This document shows positions 37,876 to 55,098 of a stretch of 64,000 nt of DNA, one piece after another (position 1 is the stretch's first letter; each line of letters begins with the position of its first letter). Source of the stretch: Dictyostelium discoideum (Eukaryota); contig CM000154.2 in assembly GCA_000004695.1 (NCBI GenBank), positions 4,096,001-4,160,000 on the forward strand, given 5' to 3'. The position numbers were made by a program, and so were the translations under genes. The notes under the pieces are model-generated. The model saw only the letters and a program-made list of their open reading frames with translations, searched no databases and was not told where the DNA came from.

Positions 37876-38019
37876 TAACAAAAAATAAAAATTCAGGTCG
37901 GAAAATTTATTGAATATTTGGGATTTTTTTTTTGTTTTATCGTATTTTTTTTTTATTTTTTTTTATTTTTTTTTTGTTTTTCTACCCAAAATACGAGAAA
38001 TTTTTACCAAAAAAAAAAA

Positions 38020-39372
<1,353 letters not shown>

Positions 39373-39497
39373 TAGTTAAATAAAGTTAAAAAGTTATATA
39401 AAACTAAATTCAAAAATTTCTTTTTTTTATTTAATAAATGTGTGTATTTATTTGAAGCACAACATTTTTTATTAAAGTTTATAAATTTTTTTTTTTT

Positions 39498-42443
39498 TTA
39501 CTCATCATTTCCACCATTTTCTTCTTGGTTAGTGTTTTCATCACCACCTTGATTATTTTCATCACCACCTTGGTCATTTTCATTTCCTTGATTATTTTCA
39601 TCACCACCTTGATTATTTTCATCATTGCCTTGATTATTTTCACCACCATCTTGATCTTGGTTATTTTCATCACCACCTTGATTATTTTCATTATTGCCTT
39701 GATTATTTTCACTACCATCTTGATCTTGGTTATTTTCGCCACCATCTTGATTATTTTCACCACCATCTTGGTTATTTTCATCACCTTGATTATTTTCACC
39801 ATCACCATCTTGGTTATTTTCATCACCCCCTTGGTTATTTTGGTCACCATCTTGGTTATTTTCATCATTACCTTGATTATTTTCATCACCGTCTTGGTTA
39901 TTTTCATCACCGTCTTGGTTATTTTCATCACCATCTTGGTTATTATTTTCATCACCGTCTTGGTTATTATTTTCATCGTCACCTTGGTTATTATTTTCAT
40001 CACCCTCTTGGTTATTTTCATCACCGTCTTGGTTTTGTTCACCATCTTGGTTATTATTTTCATCACCATCTTGATTGTTTTCACCATCTTGATTATTTTC
40101 ACCACCATCTTGATTATTATTTTCATCACCATCTTGATTGTTTTCACCACCATCTTGATTATTTTCACCACCATCTTGATTATTATTTTCATCACCATCT
40201 TGATTATTATTTTCATCACCATCTTGATTGTTTTCACCACCATCTTGGTTATTTTCATCACCGTCTTGGTTTTGTTCACCATCTTGGTTATTATTTTCAT
40301 CACCATCTTGATTGTTTTCACCATCTTGATTATTTTCTCCATCTTGATTGTTTTCATCACCATCTTGGTTATTTTCACCATCTTGATTGTTTTCATCAAC
40401 ATCTTGGTTATTTTCATCACCTTGGTTATTTTCACCACCATCTTGGTTATCTTCACCACCATCTTGGTTATCTTCACCACCATCTTGGTTATCTTCACCA
40501 CCTTCTTGATTATTTTCACCACCATCTTGGTTATCTTCACCACCATCTTGGTTATTTTCACCACCATCTTGGTTATTTTCACCACCATCTTGGTTATTTT
40601 CACCATCTTGATTGTTTTCACCATCTTGATTATTTTCACCACCATCTTGGTTATTTTCGCCATTTTGATTATTTTCACCATCTTGATTGTTTTCACCACC
40701 ATCTTGGTTATTTTCATCACCATCTTGGTTGTTTTCACCACCATCTTGATTATTTTCACCACTATCTTGATTATTTTCACCACTATCTTGGTTGTTTTCA
40801 TCACCATCTTGATTGTTTTCACCACCATCTTGGTTATTTTCACCATCTTGGTTATTTTCACCATCATCTTGATTATTTTCACCACCATCTTGATTATTTT
40901 CACCACCATCTTGTTTATTTTCACCATCATCTTGATTGTTTTCACCACCATCTTGGTTATTTTCGCCATCTTGATTATTTTCACCACCATCTTGATTATT
41001 TTCACCACCATCTTGATTATTTTCACCATCTCGATTGTTTTCNNNNNNNNNNNNNNNNNNNNNNNNNNNNNNNNNNNNNNNNNNNNNNNNNNNNNNNNNN
41101 NNNNNNNNNNNNNNNNNNNNNNNNNNNNNNNNNNNNNNNNNNTCTTGGTTGTTTTCTCCATCTTGGTTGTTTTCTCCATCTTGATTATTTTCACCACCAT
41201 CTTGGTTATTTTCACCACCATCTTGGTTGTTTTCACCACCATCTTGATTATTTTCACCACCATCTTGGTTATTTTCACCACCATCTTGATTATTTTCACC
41301 ACCATCTTGATTATTTTCACCACTATCTTGGTTGTTTTCACCACCATCTTGGTTGTTTTCACCGTCTTGGTTATTTCCATGACCATCTTGGTTGTTTTCA
41401 CCACCATCTTGGTTGTTTTCACCACCATCTTGATTATTTTGATCACCTTGATTATTTTCACCACCTTGATTGTTTTCATCACCTTGATTATTTTCACCAC
41501 CTTGATTGTTTTCATCACCATTTTGATTGTTTTCACCATCTTGGTTATTTTCACCACCTTGATTATTTTCACCACCTTGATTGTTTTCATCCCTATTTTG
41601 ATTTTTGTTTTGGTCATCACCAGCTTGATTATTATTATTATTATTATTACTTTGATTATTATTTTCATCTTTTTTTGGTTCTTGTTTTTTAGGAATAATA
41701 CCAACTGATTGTGCAAAATTACTAATACCTGATCCGACAGCTTCAACACCCTCGTCAGCCAATTTACCACTTCCACCTCCAATTTTTTCCATTGTATCTG
41801 AGAAAATGGCACCTCCTGTAACAATCCTAATAGGGTTAAGAGCATCTGCAACTTTTCCACTTCCACCTCCCACTGTTTCAAAAATACCTGGTTTATCATT
41901 GGTATTGGTTGATGTTTTGGTTGGTGTTGTTGTGGAAGTGGTGGTAGTAGTAGTTGTTGGTTTTGGTGTTGTAGTTGTAGTTGTAGTTGTAGTTGGTGTT
42001 GGTGTTGGTGTTGGTGTTGGTGTTGGTGTTGGTGTTGGTGTTGGTGTTGCTTGAGGATCACCTGGGTTTGAACCAAATTGCTTTCTCTCATCATCAGTTA
42101 CTATAAATTTTTTATAATTATTATTTTTATTATTATTATTAGTAAATCTGATATATTTTGGATTATAATTATTATTTTTTAAAATATATTATAAAAATAC
42201 AAACATTTATAGGTATTATAAAACTTATCATCATTTGAAATTTTATCTTCAGTTTGTTTAATTTCTTTTTGAATATTTTCCAATTCGGCATTTCTCAAAT
42301 TTTCTTTTACACTTGGAACAATAGCGTTAAATACCGAACCAACCAAACCTCCAGAATTACTATGCCCATGATTTTTAACATCATCATATTTTTTCTTTAA
42401 TTCTGCAATTTTTTTATTATCCTCATCATCTAATATTATTAAA

Positions 42444-42510
<67 letters not shown>

Positions 42511-42566
42511 TTATTATTATTTTTTTATTTTTTTATTTTTTATTTTTTTTTAAAAAAAAAAAAAAA

Positions 42567-42601
<35 letters not shown>

Positions 42602-43131
42602 ATATACGTACGATTTGGTGGCAAACCTCCATTTGCAGCAGTTTTAGTAAAACCAAGAACTTCTTTAATATCTTCCATTTTTTTTTTATTCTCTTCTATT
42701 GTGTCTTCATCAACATGTTTAGGATTATGAATTATATCATTTTCCTCGAAGGGTTTCATAACTTCTTTGAATTCTTTAACATTTTTTTCCAAATTTTTAT
42801 TTTCTTCAACAAGTCTTTTATATTCAGAGATATCACCACTTTGTCTTTTTTCAATATCAGTTATTCTTGAATTTGTTTTATCCAATAAATTTTGAAATAT
42901 TTTTTTTTCATTGTCAGTTTTTGCATTTTTGACTGAATTTGAATAAGTTTGTTTTTCATTGGTCAATCCAATCATTTCTTTTCTATCCTTTTGATTTTGA
43001 ACCATTCTATCATTTCTATCTTTAGTTTCTTTTTGTCTTTTTTCTTGTATTTCTCTATTTTTATTATTTTCTTCTATGGCATGTGTAACTGAAGGAACAA
43101 TTGCTTTTGCAACTGCATCAAATATTGTCAT
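39498..43131 (-). CDS. Giant acidic repeat protein: non-repetitive N-terminus, (TP)n/poly-Thr linker, then >120 copies of hexa/heptapeptide E-N-N-Q-D-G(G); probable exons 43131..approx. 42639, approx. 42440..approx. 42232, approx. 42098..39498; contains an assembly gap
   Basis: Exon 1 (MTIFDAVAKAIVPSVTHAIEE...) ends at a GTACGT donor. The middle exon repeats the AIVPSV motif (SVFNAIVPSVKENLRNAELENIQKEIK), which ties it to the same gene. The last exon reads TDDERKQFGSNPGDPQATPTPTP...TTTTT...GGGSGKVADAL...GGGSGKLADEG and then the ENNQDGG array to GNDE* at 39498. The coding frame is chosen because it connects in frame to the non-repetitive N-terminus. The 871-aa (MVKTIK...) and plus-strand 727-aa (ILVIFITT...) track ORFs are the same repeats in other frames or strands. 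Exact intron borders for exons 2 and 3 are uncertain. Confidence 0.6.
39530..41620 (-). repeat. Tandem 18/21-nt coding minisatellite (GGTGAAAATAACCAAGAT[GGT] family) encoding ENNQDG(G)
   Basis: Direct reading shows more than 100 near-identical units with GGT/GAT/GAC and AAT/AAC wobble variants. No stop codons in most frames on both strands. Confidence 0.95.
41043..41142. other. Assembly gap (100 N) inside the ENNQDGG repeat array
   Basis: A run of exactly 100 n characters, flanked on both sides by the same 18/21-nt repeat units. Confidence 0.99.
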
Positions 43132-43229
43132 TTTTTAATAAAATAATAAAATAATAAGAATAGATTATTTATTAAAGTAATACAATTATTAACTTTAAAA
43201 TAACTTTTTTTTTTTTTATTTTATTTTAT

Positions 43230-43266
<37 letters not shown>

Positions 43267-43310
43267 ATAATAATAATAATAATTTAAAATTAAAACTAAA
43301 TAAATTTTAT

Positions 43311-43450
43311 ATACTCTTTAATAATTAATATTGGAAGGTTTAATTTAAAAATAAATAAACCTTTCATATCTCCTCAGTTTTTTATAAAAATAACAACAAT
43401 AAAAATTGAGATAGCACAACCCAAAATTTATCTGTTTTGAAACTTTTTTT
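43311..43450 (+). repeat. 140-bp segment duplicated at 44405..44545 (upstream flank of the repeat gene and of its relic copy)
   Basis: ctttaataattaatattggaaggtttaatttaaaaataaataaacctttcatatctcctcagttttttataaaaataacaacaataaa aligns with ctttaacattcttcaacaattaatatttgaaggtttaaaataataaacctctcaaatcttctcatttctttataaaaataacaacaataaa, with further similarity through ...aatttatctgttttgaaacttt. Confidence 0.7.
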
Positions 43451-44127
43451 TAAAAAAAAAAAATAATATCATCATAATTGTTATCAAACTGTTTTTTTAT
43501 TTTATAATCTGTTGTTTTTTTTTTATATTAAAAATAAGAAATAAAAAATAAAAATAAAAAAAATATAAAAAAAAAATATATGGTGATATGATATAATTTT
43601 ATATACAAGTATAAACTATAAAAGGAAAAAGTAGAGGCTAAACTATTTAGTTGAAACTATTTAATAAATGCCATACAAATATTTGTGTTTTTTTTTATTT
43701 TTTATTTTTTTTATTTTTTATTTTTTTTATTTTTTATTTTTTTTATTTTTTTTTTCTTTTATCGATGAAAATATGAATTATGAATTTTAATTAGTTTACC
43801 AAAAAGGGAATTTTTTTTTTTTATTTTTTTTATATTTTAATGAAGAAAAAATTGGTATTTGTTTAAATAAACCATTGAATAAATAGGTTGTAGAAAAAAA
43901 TAAAAAAATATGAAAAAAAAAAAATCAACAACCAATAATTATAACCACAACCAATAACAACCAACAAACACAACAGCCGCCAATTGGGAAGAATAGTAAT
44001 GGTAATAGAAGTAATAGAAATAGCGTTAATTAGTAACAACAACTAATAATAACTACATCCAATAACAGCCAACAAACACAATAGCCGCCACTAATTCTAT
44101 TTACAATATAATCAAATCGAACAAACA

Positions 44128-44320
44128 ATGGAAATGTGTTGTTTTCACCACCATCTTGATTGTTCTCATCATCTTGGTTATTGTTTTCACCATCTTGATT
44201 GTTCTCATCATCTTGGTTATTTCTTCATCTTTATTATCTTCTTCATCTTGATTATTTTCATCACCATCTTGATTATCTTCACCACCATCTTGGTTATTTT
44301 CACAAAAAAAAAAAAATAAA
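44128..44320 (-). pseudogene. Relic mini-array of the ENNQDGG repeat (frame-broken), part of a partial tandem duplication of the upstream region of the repeat gene
   Basis: The reverse complement reads CENNQDGGEDNQDGDENNQDEEDNKDEE... and then loses frame. A 140-bp segment at 44405-44545 is a near copy of 43311-43450, which sits just upstream of the intact gene's ATG. Confidence 0.4.
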
Positions 44321-44855
44321 TAAAAAAAAATTAAAAAAATTAAAAAAAATAATAATAATTATTATAATTAAAGGTTAATAAAAAATGACAACAAATTAAA
44401 CTTTAACATTCTTCAACAATTAATATTTGAAGGTTTAAAATAATAAACCTCTCAAATCTTCTCATTTCTTTATAAAAATAACAACAATAAATTTGTTGGC
44501 ATTAATTTTATAAAACCCCAAATTAATCTGTTTTGGAACTTTATTTTTTTTTTTTTATTTTTTATTTTTTTAATAATAATATAATTGTTATATGTGAAAA
44601 GTAAAAAATTGTGTTGAAAAAATAAAAAAACAATGCTACCCATACAAATCCAAAACACCTTTTTTTCAACACAATGTTTTTTGATTATGCCATTATTCCA
44701 ACAAATCTGTTTGTTTTTTTTTTTTTTTTTTTTTTTCTTAAAAATAGAAATAAAAAAAAAAAGAATTAAAGAAAATATAGAAAAATGAAATAATTTAATA
44801 TAAACCAAAGATCACAATTGAAAATTAAAATTTGCACGGCATTTATTTCTAACCG

Positions 44856-44900
<45 letters not shown>

Positions 44901-44983
44901 TTATTTTTTAATTTTTATTTTTTTTTATTTTTTTTTTTATTTTTTTTATTTTTTGGTAATTTTGATTCCTGGGTCAAAAAAAG

Positions 44984-47263
<2,280 letters not shown>

Positions 47264-47281
47264 TAAATAGATTTAGGATTT

Positions 47282-47330
<49 letters not shown>

Positions 47331-47536
47331 GATTAATTTCTTTGTACAGTGTTAAAATATATAAAGAAATAATAGTTTATTGTATGTTTCTTTTTTTTTT
47401 TTTTTTTTTTTTTTTTCCCAAAAGCACCAGTTTTTTTTTTTTTTTTTTTTTTATTTACAAAAGATTATTTCGATGTTTTTTGGAAAAAATAAATAAAAAT
47501 AAAAAAAGAGGATGCAATACAATTGTTGAAAGGATT

Positions 47537-47760
47537 TTATCTCCATAATCCAAATCCTCTCCAACCACCACGACCACCAGATTGTGGAACATCATCAAAT
47601 GTACCACTACCACCAAAATTGGATCCACGTGAGTTCACTAATTCTGATTAAAAAAAAAAAAGAAAATAAGTAAATATAAATTTTTTTTTCTTTTTGTAGA
47701 TTTTATGAAATTACCATTGATTTGACAGTGCATAGCTTAATTATTACTATTATTATATTT
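47537..47760 (-). other. Possible short exon or small ORF in a GC-rich island (minus-strand reading Gly/Arg-rich ...LVNSRGSNFGGSGTFDDVPQSGGRGGWRGFGLWR*)
   Basis: 47520-47640 is conspicuously less AT-rich. The minus-strand reading uses Dictyostelium-preferred GGT and CGT codons and is preceded by the acceptor ttaatcAG. A possible exon 1 is ATGCACTGTCAAATCAATG|gtaatt at about 47730. The plus strand gives an alternative Pro-rich reading ending in a stop. Strand and reality are unresolved. Confidence 0.2.
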
Positions 47761-47762
47761 AC

Positions 47763-47807
<45 letters not shown>

Positions 47808-48191
47808 AAAAATAAAAAAAAATGAAAAAATGAAAAAATGAAAAAAAAATAATGAAAAAGATTTGTGATCAAAAGATATTTATTTTTATTAGTAATTTTT
47901 TTATTTTTTTCACCTAAAATTTTTTTTTTTTTTTTTTTTGACACAAAAAATCACTTTGTTTCGTTGAAATAATTTTTTCAAAATCACAAATAATTCTGCA
48001 AAGATAAACGTTAATTTTTTTAAAATAAAAAAAACAATGGTCACCACAACAAAACAACTCTAAAAAAAGATAATATGGGGTTTTTTTTTTTGGTTTTAAT
48101 TTTTTTTTTAAATTTTAATTGTAAGGTTTTTTAATTTTTTTTTTTAATTTTAATTTTAATTTTAATTTTAATTTTTACCCTTTTGAAACCG

Positions 48192-48230
<39 letters not shown>

Positions 48231-48313
48231 CAATAATAATTACAAAAAGATATAATTAATTTAAATATTTTTTATTTTAATTATTATTATTTTTATTTTT
48301 TTTTTTTTTTAAT

Positions 48314-49798
48314 ATGAAAAATATAATTATTTTTATTTTTTATTTTTATCTTTTATTTTTTAAAAATAAAGAATGTTATGGTCTTGAAATGACAATTTTT
48401 ATTGAATTTGATAGTGTTCAAATATATAACAATTTTGAATGTGGTGGGTCACTTGAAATTGAATTGAAAAATGGTACATTTTGGCAAAATAAAACAGATC
48501 AATATCCACCATGTAAATCATTTTATGATGCATCACAAAGAATTTCGCAGTATAATAATTATTTAAAAAAATATAGAAATGTGAAAACAATAGTTTTATT
48601 AAATTATGATTGGAAAAATGTAATTTTAAAACCATCTGCAGGATTTTATATTCAAAATAATTGTTTCTTTCAAATTAAACTTTTAAATGATACAAATTCA
48701 AATACAATTTCAATTGATGGTCAAAATTTAAATTATTATATTGCGTTTATTACAATTGATTTTAATGTAAATAATGAATTATATTGTGATGATGGTGAAC
48801 AACCACCACAACAAACACAACCACCACAACAAGAACAACAAGAACAAATAATTATACCAGTAAGATTTAAATTAGAAAATTTTAAATTAATAAATTTTGA
48901 TAGTGAATTCATATTGGTTCAAAAAAGTTATAAAGAATTTAAATTTAAAAATAAATATCAGTTTGTTTCATTTCAATTAAATTCAATAATTACAAGTAAA
49001 TCAAGTTTTTTATATGAAAGTACTTTACATGATGATGATTTTCAAATTCAATATTTAATAAATGATTGTCATTTTTCAAATAAATCTAGTGAAAATGGTT
49101 TTATAATATTAGGACATGACCCATTCATTATTAATAATTGTACATTTAATAATATAAAATCAGGATTACCAATTATATATATTGATAATTTATCAATTAC
49201 CAATTGTTCATTCAATAATATAATAGTTATTGGTAATAATAAATCTATCATTGAAGTTGCTAATTTTGGATCATTTAATAATATAAAATTTAATAATTTT
49301 ACAAGCCAAACATTATTATTACAATCATTAGATTCAATTACATATAATGAAAGTTCATTAAAATTATCAAATATTCAAATAAATAATAATAATAATAATA
49401 ATTTATTTAATATTAATTTTAAAAATGATAATAATTATTTTAATAGTTTTGTAGAATTAAACCAAATTTTTATAAATAATTCATTAAATAATTTAATTTT
49501 AATTTTAAATACATCAAAATCATTTATTATTGTTGATAATGATTCATTAAATACCTTTTTATTAAATTCAAAATTATTATTTAATGGTACAAATAATATT
49601 ATACTTTTAAATAATAAAAATTATTCAACTATTAAAGAACAATTAGAATTTATAAATAATTTAAATAACTGTACTAATTGTTTATTTTCAATAAATGGTC
49701 ATAATATTAGTACAACTATAATTAAAAAAGATTCTTCGGAGTTTAAATTAGATGGTGATTCATATAAAGAAAACAAAGGTTTTAATAAGATGTTTTAA
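48314..49798 (+). CDS. Secreted protein with signal peptide and repeated N-x-[ST]/NN-I motifs (possible parallel beta-helix repeats)
   Basis: N-terminus MKNIIIFIFYFYLLFFKNKECYG is signal-like. Repeated segments: NCTFNNIKSGLPIIYIDNLSITNCSFNNIIVIGNNKSIIEVANFGSFNNIKFNNF. Many N-glycosylation sequons. Single exon. Confidence 0.65.
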   Translation: MKNIIIFIFYFYLLFFKNKECYGLEMTIFIEFDSVQIYNNFECGGSLEIELKNGTFWQNKTDQYPPCKSFYDASQRISQYNNYLKKYRNVKTIVLLNYDWKNVILKPSAGFYIQNNCFFQIKLLNDTNSNTISIDGQNLNYYIAFITIDFNVNNELYCDDGEQPPQQTQPPQQEQQEQIIIPVRFKLENFKLINFDSEFILVQKSYKEFKFKNKYQFVSFQLNSIITSKSSFLYESTLHDDDFQIQYLINDCHFSNKSSENGFIILGHDPFIINNCTFNNIKSGLPIIYIDNLSITNCSFNNIIVIGNNKSIIEVANFGSFNNIKFNNFTSQTLLLQSLDSITYNESSLKLSNIQINNNNNNNLFNINFKNDNNYFNSFVELNQIFINNSLNNLILILNTSKSFIIVDNDSLNTFLLNSKLLFNGTNNIILLNNKNYSTIKEQLEFINNLNNCTNCLFSINGHNISTTIIKKDSSEFKLDGDSYKENKGFNKMF

Positions 49799-50072
49799 CA
49801 AAGTTAGGTCTGTTTTGTTTTGTTTTGTTTTTTGTTGATTTTTTTTTTTTTTTTAATTAAAAAAGGCAGGAGTGGTGAGGGAAAAAAAAAAAAAAAAAGG
49901 GATGGGGGAGAAGAAGAAGAGGAGGAGGAGAGGTAGAGGTTGGGGTGGAGTGTAAAAAAAAAAAAAAAATTTTAATTATTTAGTTAAGTTTTTTTTTTTT
50001 TTGTCCTTTGCTTCTGTTGTTTTTTTTTTTTCACCCTTTTTTCTTTTTTTTTTTTTTTCCCAACTTTTGATT

Positions 50073-50271
50073 TTAAATATCGGAACCAAATGTATTTTCA
50101 CCGCTATAGCAAATATATAAAAAGCCATCTTCATCTTTATGAGCGTCATATATTGAGGATAAAAGTTGACTTGATGGTGGTAAGTTATTCTTATTTACAA
50201 ATAAAAAAATTGCCTTTTGTTCATTATGATCGGAATCATCTAAATGTTTTCTAATTTCCATTATAAAATTC

Positions 50272-50317
<46 letters not shown>

Positions 50318-50775
50318 TAATTGGTTAGTATCCTACTTTTTTTTTTTTTTTTTTCCTATTGTACATACAGTTATGACCATATTTGATGGTGCAAGGAATT
50401 TCTTTTTATTAATATCTGGTACATCACTATTTGCAGCTCTTTCGACAATAATCTAAAAAAAAAAAAAAATAATAAAAAAAAAAATAAATAATAAAAAACA
50501 ATTAGACTATTTTGAAATTTAAAATTTAAAAATAATTTATAAATAATAATAATAATACACATACTGGTAATCTATCCTTATATCTATTTCTAATTTTTGA
50601 TGATATTAATTTTCTTTTTTCTGTTACAATAAAAAAAAAAAAAAAAAAAATGTATTAGTGTGTGGGAAATTTTTTTGGGTGGATAATAATAATAATAATA
50701 AAAAAAAAAATAGAAAAAAAAAAAATACATACCAAGAGAGTACTCTTGTTTGAATGATTTTGAAAGTAAGGCCAT
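50073..50775 (-). CDS. atg8: Atg8/GABARAP-family ubiquitin-like protein; exons 50775..50733, 50620..50564, 50452..50369, 50270..50073; apparent 1-nt frame disruption in exon 2
   Basis: Spliced translation: [14 protein letters not shown]|[13 protein letters not shown](frameshift)YKDRLP|[28 protein letters not shown]|[65 protein letters not shown]. This lines up residue for residue with yeast Atg8 as I recall it (unchecked): [78 protein letters not shown]. Donors are GTATGT at 50732, 50563 and 50368. Acceptors are AG at 50622-21, 50454-53 and 50272-71. Exon 2 as printed is 57 nt where 56 are needed (GATAATAAGG versus the expected GATATAAGG). Confidence 0.7.
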
Positions 50776-51057
50776 ATTTATATAGTTTTTTTTTTTTTTT
50801 TTTATATTTACAAATTTTTTTTTCTTCTCTTTTCTTTCTTTTTTCTTTTTTCTTTTTCCTTTTTTTTAGTTTTTTTTTTTTTTTTTTTTAATTTTTAAAT
50901 TTCAAAAAAAAAAAAAAAATAAAAAAATATATTTATATATCCTAAATTATTGTTTTATTATTGTTGAATTTTTTATTTAATGGTTTCTAAATTTTATTTA
51001 AAATATATATTACTATTATTTTTAATATGACAAGAAGACAATAACAAAAAATATAAG

Positions 51058-51090
<33 letters not shown>

Positions 51091-52103
51091 TTTTAAAAAC
51101 CCCCAAAAAAAAAAAAAATAAAAATAAAAATAAAAATAAAAATAAAAATTAAAAAAAATTAAAATTAAAATTAAAAAAATTAAATTTAAGAAACACCCAA
51201 ATTTTTAAAAAACAAAATATCACCTATTTTTTTGAAATGAGAGGATGTTATCAGATAAATTCAATTTTTTTTTTTTTTTTTAAAATATAAACTAATAATA
51301 ACAATGTGGAATAATACACACTATGACACCAAAATAATAAAACCCAGGGTTAAAAACAACATTTATTAAATATAATAATAATGTTTTTTTTTTTCTTTTT
51401 ATAGTTTTTTTTTTTTTTCTTTTTATAGTTTTTTTTTTTTTTTTCGATCAATCAAAAAAATAACAATAGAAATAAAATTTTTTTTTTTTTTTTGGTAAAA
51501 CGAGGAAATTATTCAAAATTTATTATAATTATTTTATTCAGAGAAAAAAAAGATTTTTTTTTTTTTTTTTGAATCATTTCTAAAACATATAATCTTTTTT
51601 TTTATTTTTTTATTTTCAAATTATTATTATCCTAAAAATAACTAATTTTATTATTATTGTTTTATATTTTATTTGTTTTTTTTATCTGTTTTTGGATTTT
51701 TTTTTTTTTTTTTTTTTTTAAACTGATAAAATTTAAATTGGTTAGATTTTTTTTTTTTATTTTTTTTTTTTAATAGTTATTTTTATTATAATTTTTTATT
51801 TTTATTTTTTTTTTTTTTTATTTGTTATTTTTACTATAATTTTTAATTTCAAAAAAAGTCTTTTTTCAAAAAAAAAAAAAAAAATTTCAAAAAAAAAAAA
51901 AAAAATAAAACTTTTTTAATAAAGATTAACTACCCCCTCCCCACAGCACCACAACAAACGAATAAGAAATTAAAATAGAAACAAACACACAGAAAATAAG
52001 CTAAAAATAAAAATAAAAACAAAAAACAATAAATACATATAAAATAAAATAAAATAAAATAGAGATAAAAAAAGGATACTTTATGTAATTGTAAATTTAC
52101 ATA

Positions 52104-54968
<2,865 letters not shown>

Positions 54969-55098
54969 TAATAATCAATAATAATATATTTTTAATAAAA
55001 TCTTTTTTATTTATTTAACAAATTATTTATTTACTTGGTTTTTAGAATATTCGGACATCTATTATTTTTTTTATTATTTTTTATCTTTTTATAACTTT

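Noticed and set aside
39525-41708. 727-aa plus-strand ORF of hydrophobic ILVIFITTLIIF repeats
   Set aside because: It is the antisense reading of the ENNQDGG coding minisatellite. It has no start context and no non-repetitive ends. The repeat array is open in most frames.
39479-42094. 871-aa minus-strand ORF (MMRESNLVQTQ...HQHQ...MVKTIKMV repeats)
   Set aside because: Same repeats in a different frame. Its ATG frame does not connect to the non-repetitive GGGSGK/TP-rich region that lies in the ENNQDGG frame.
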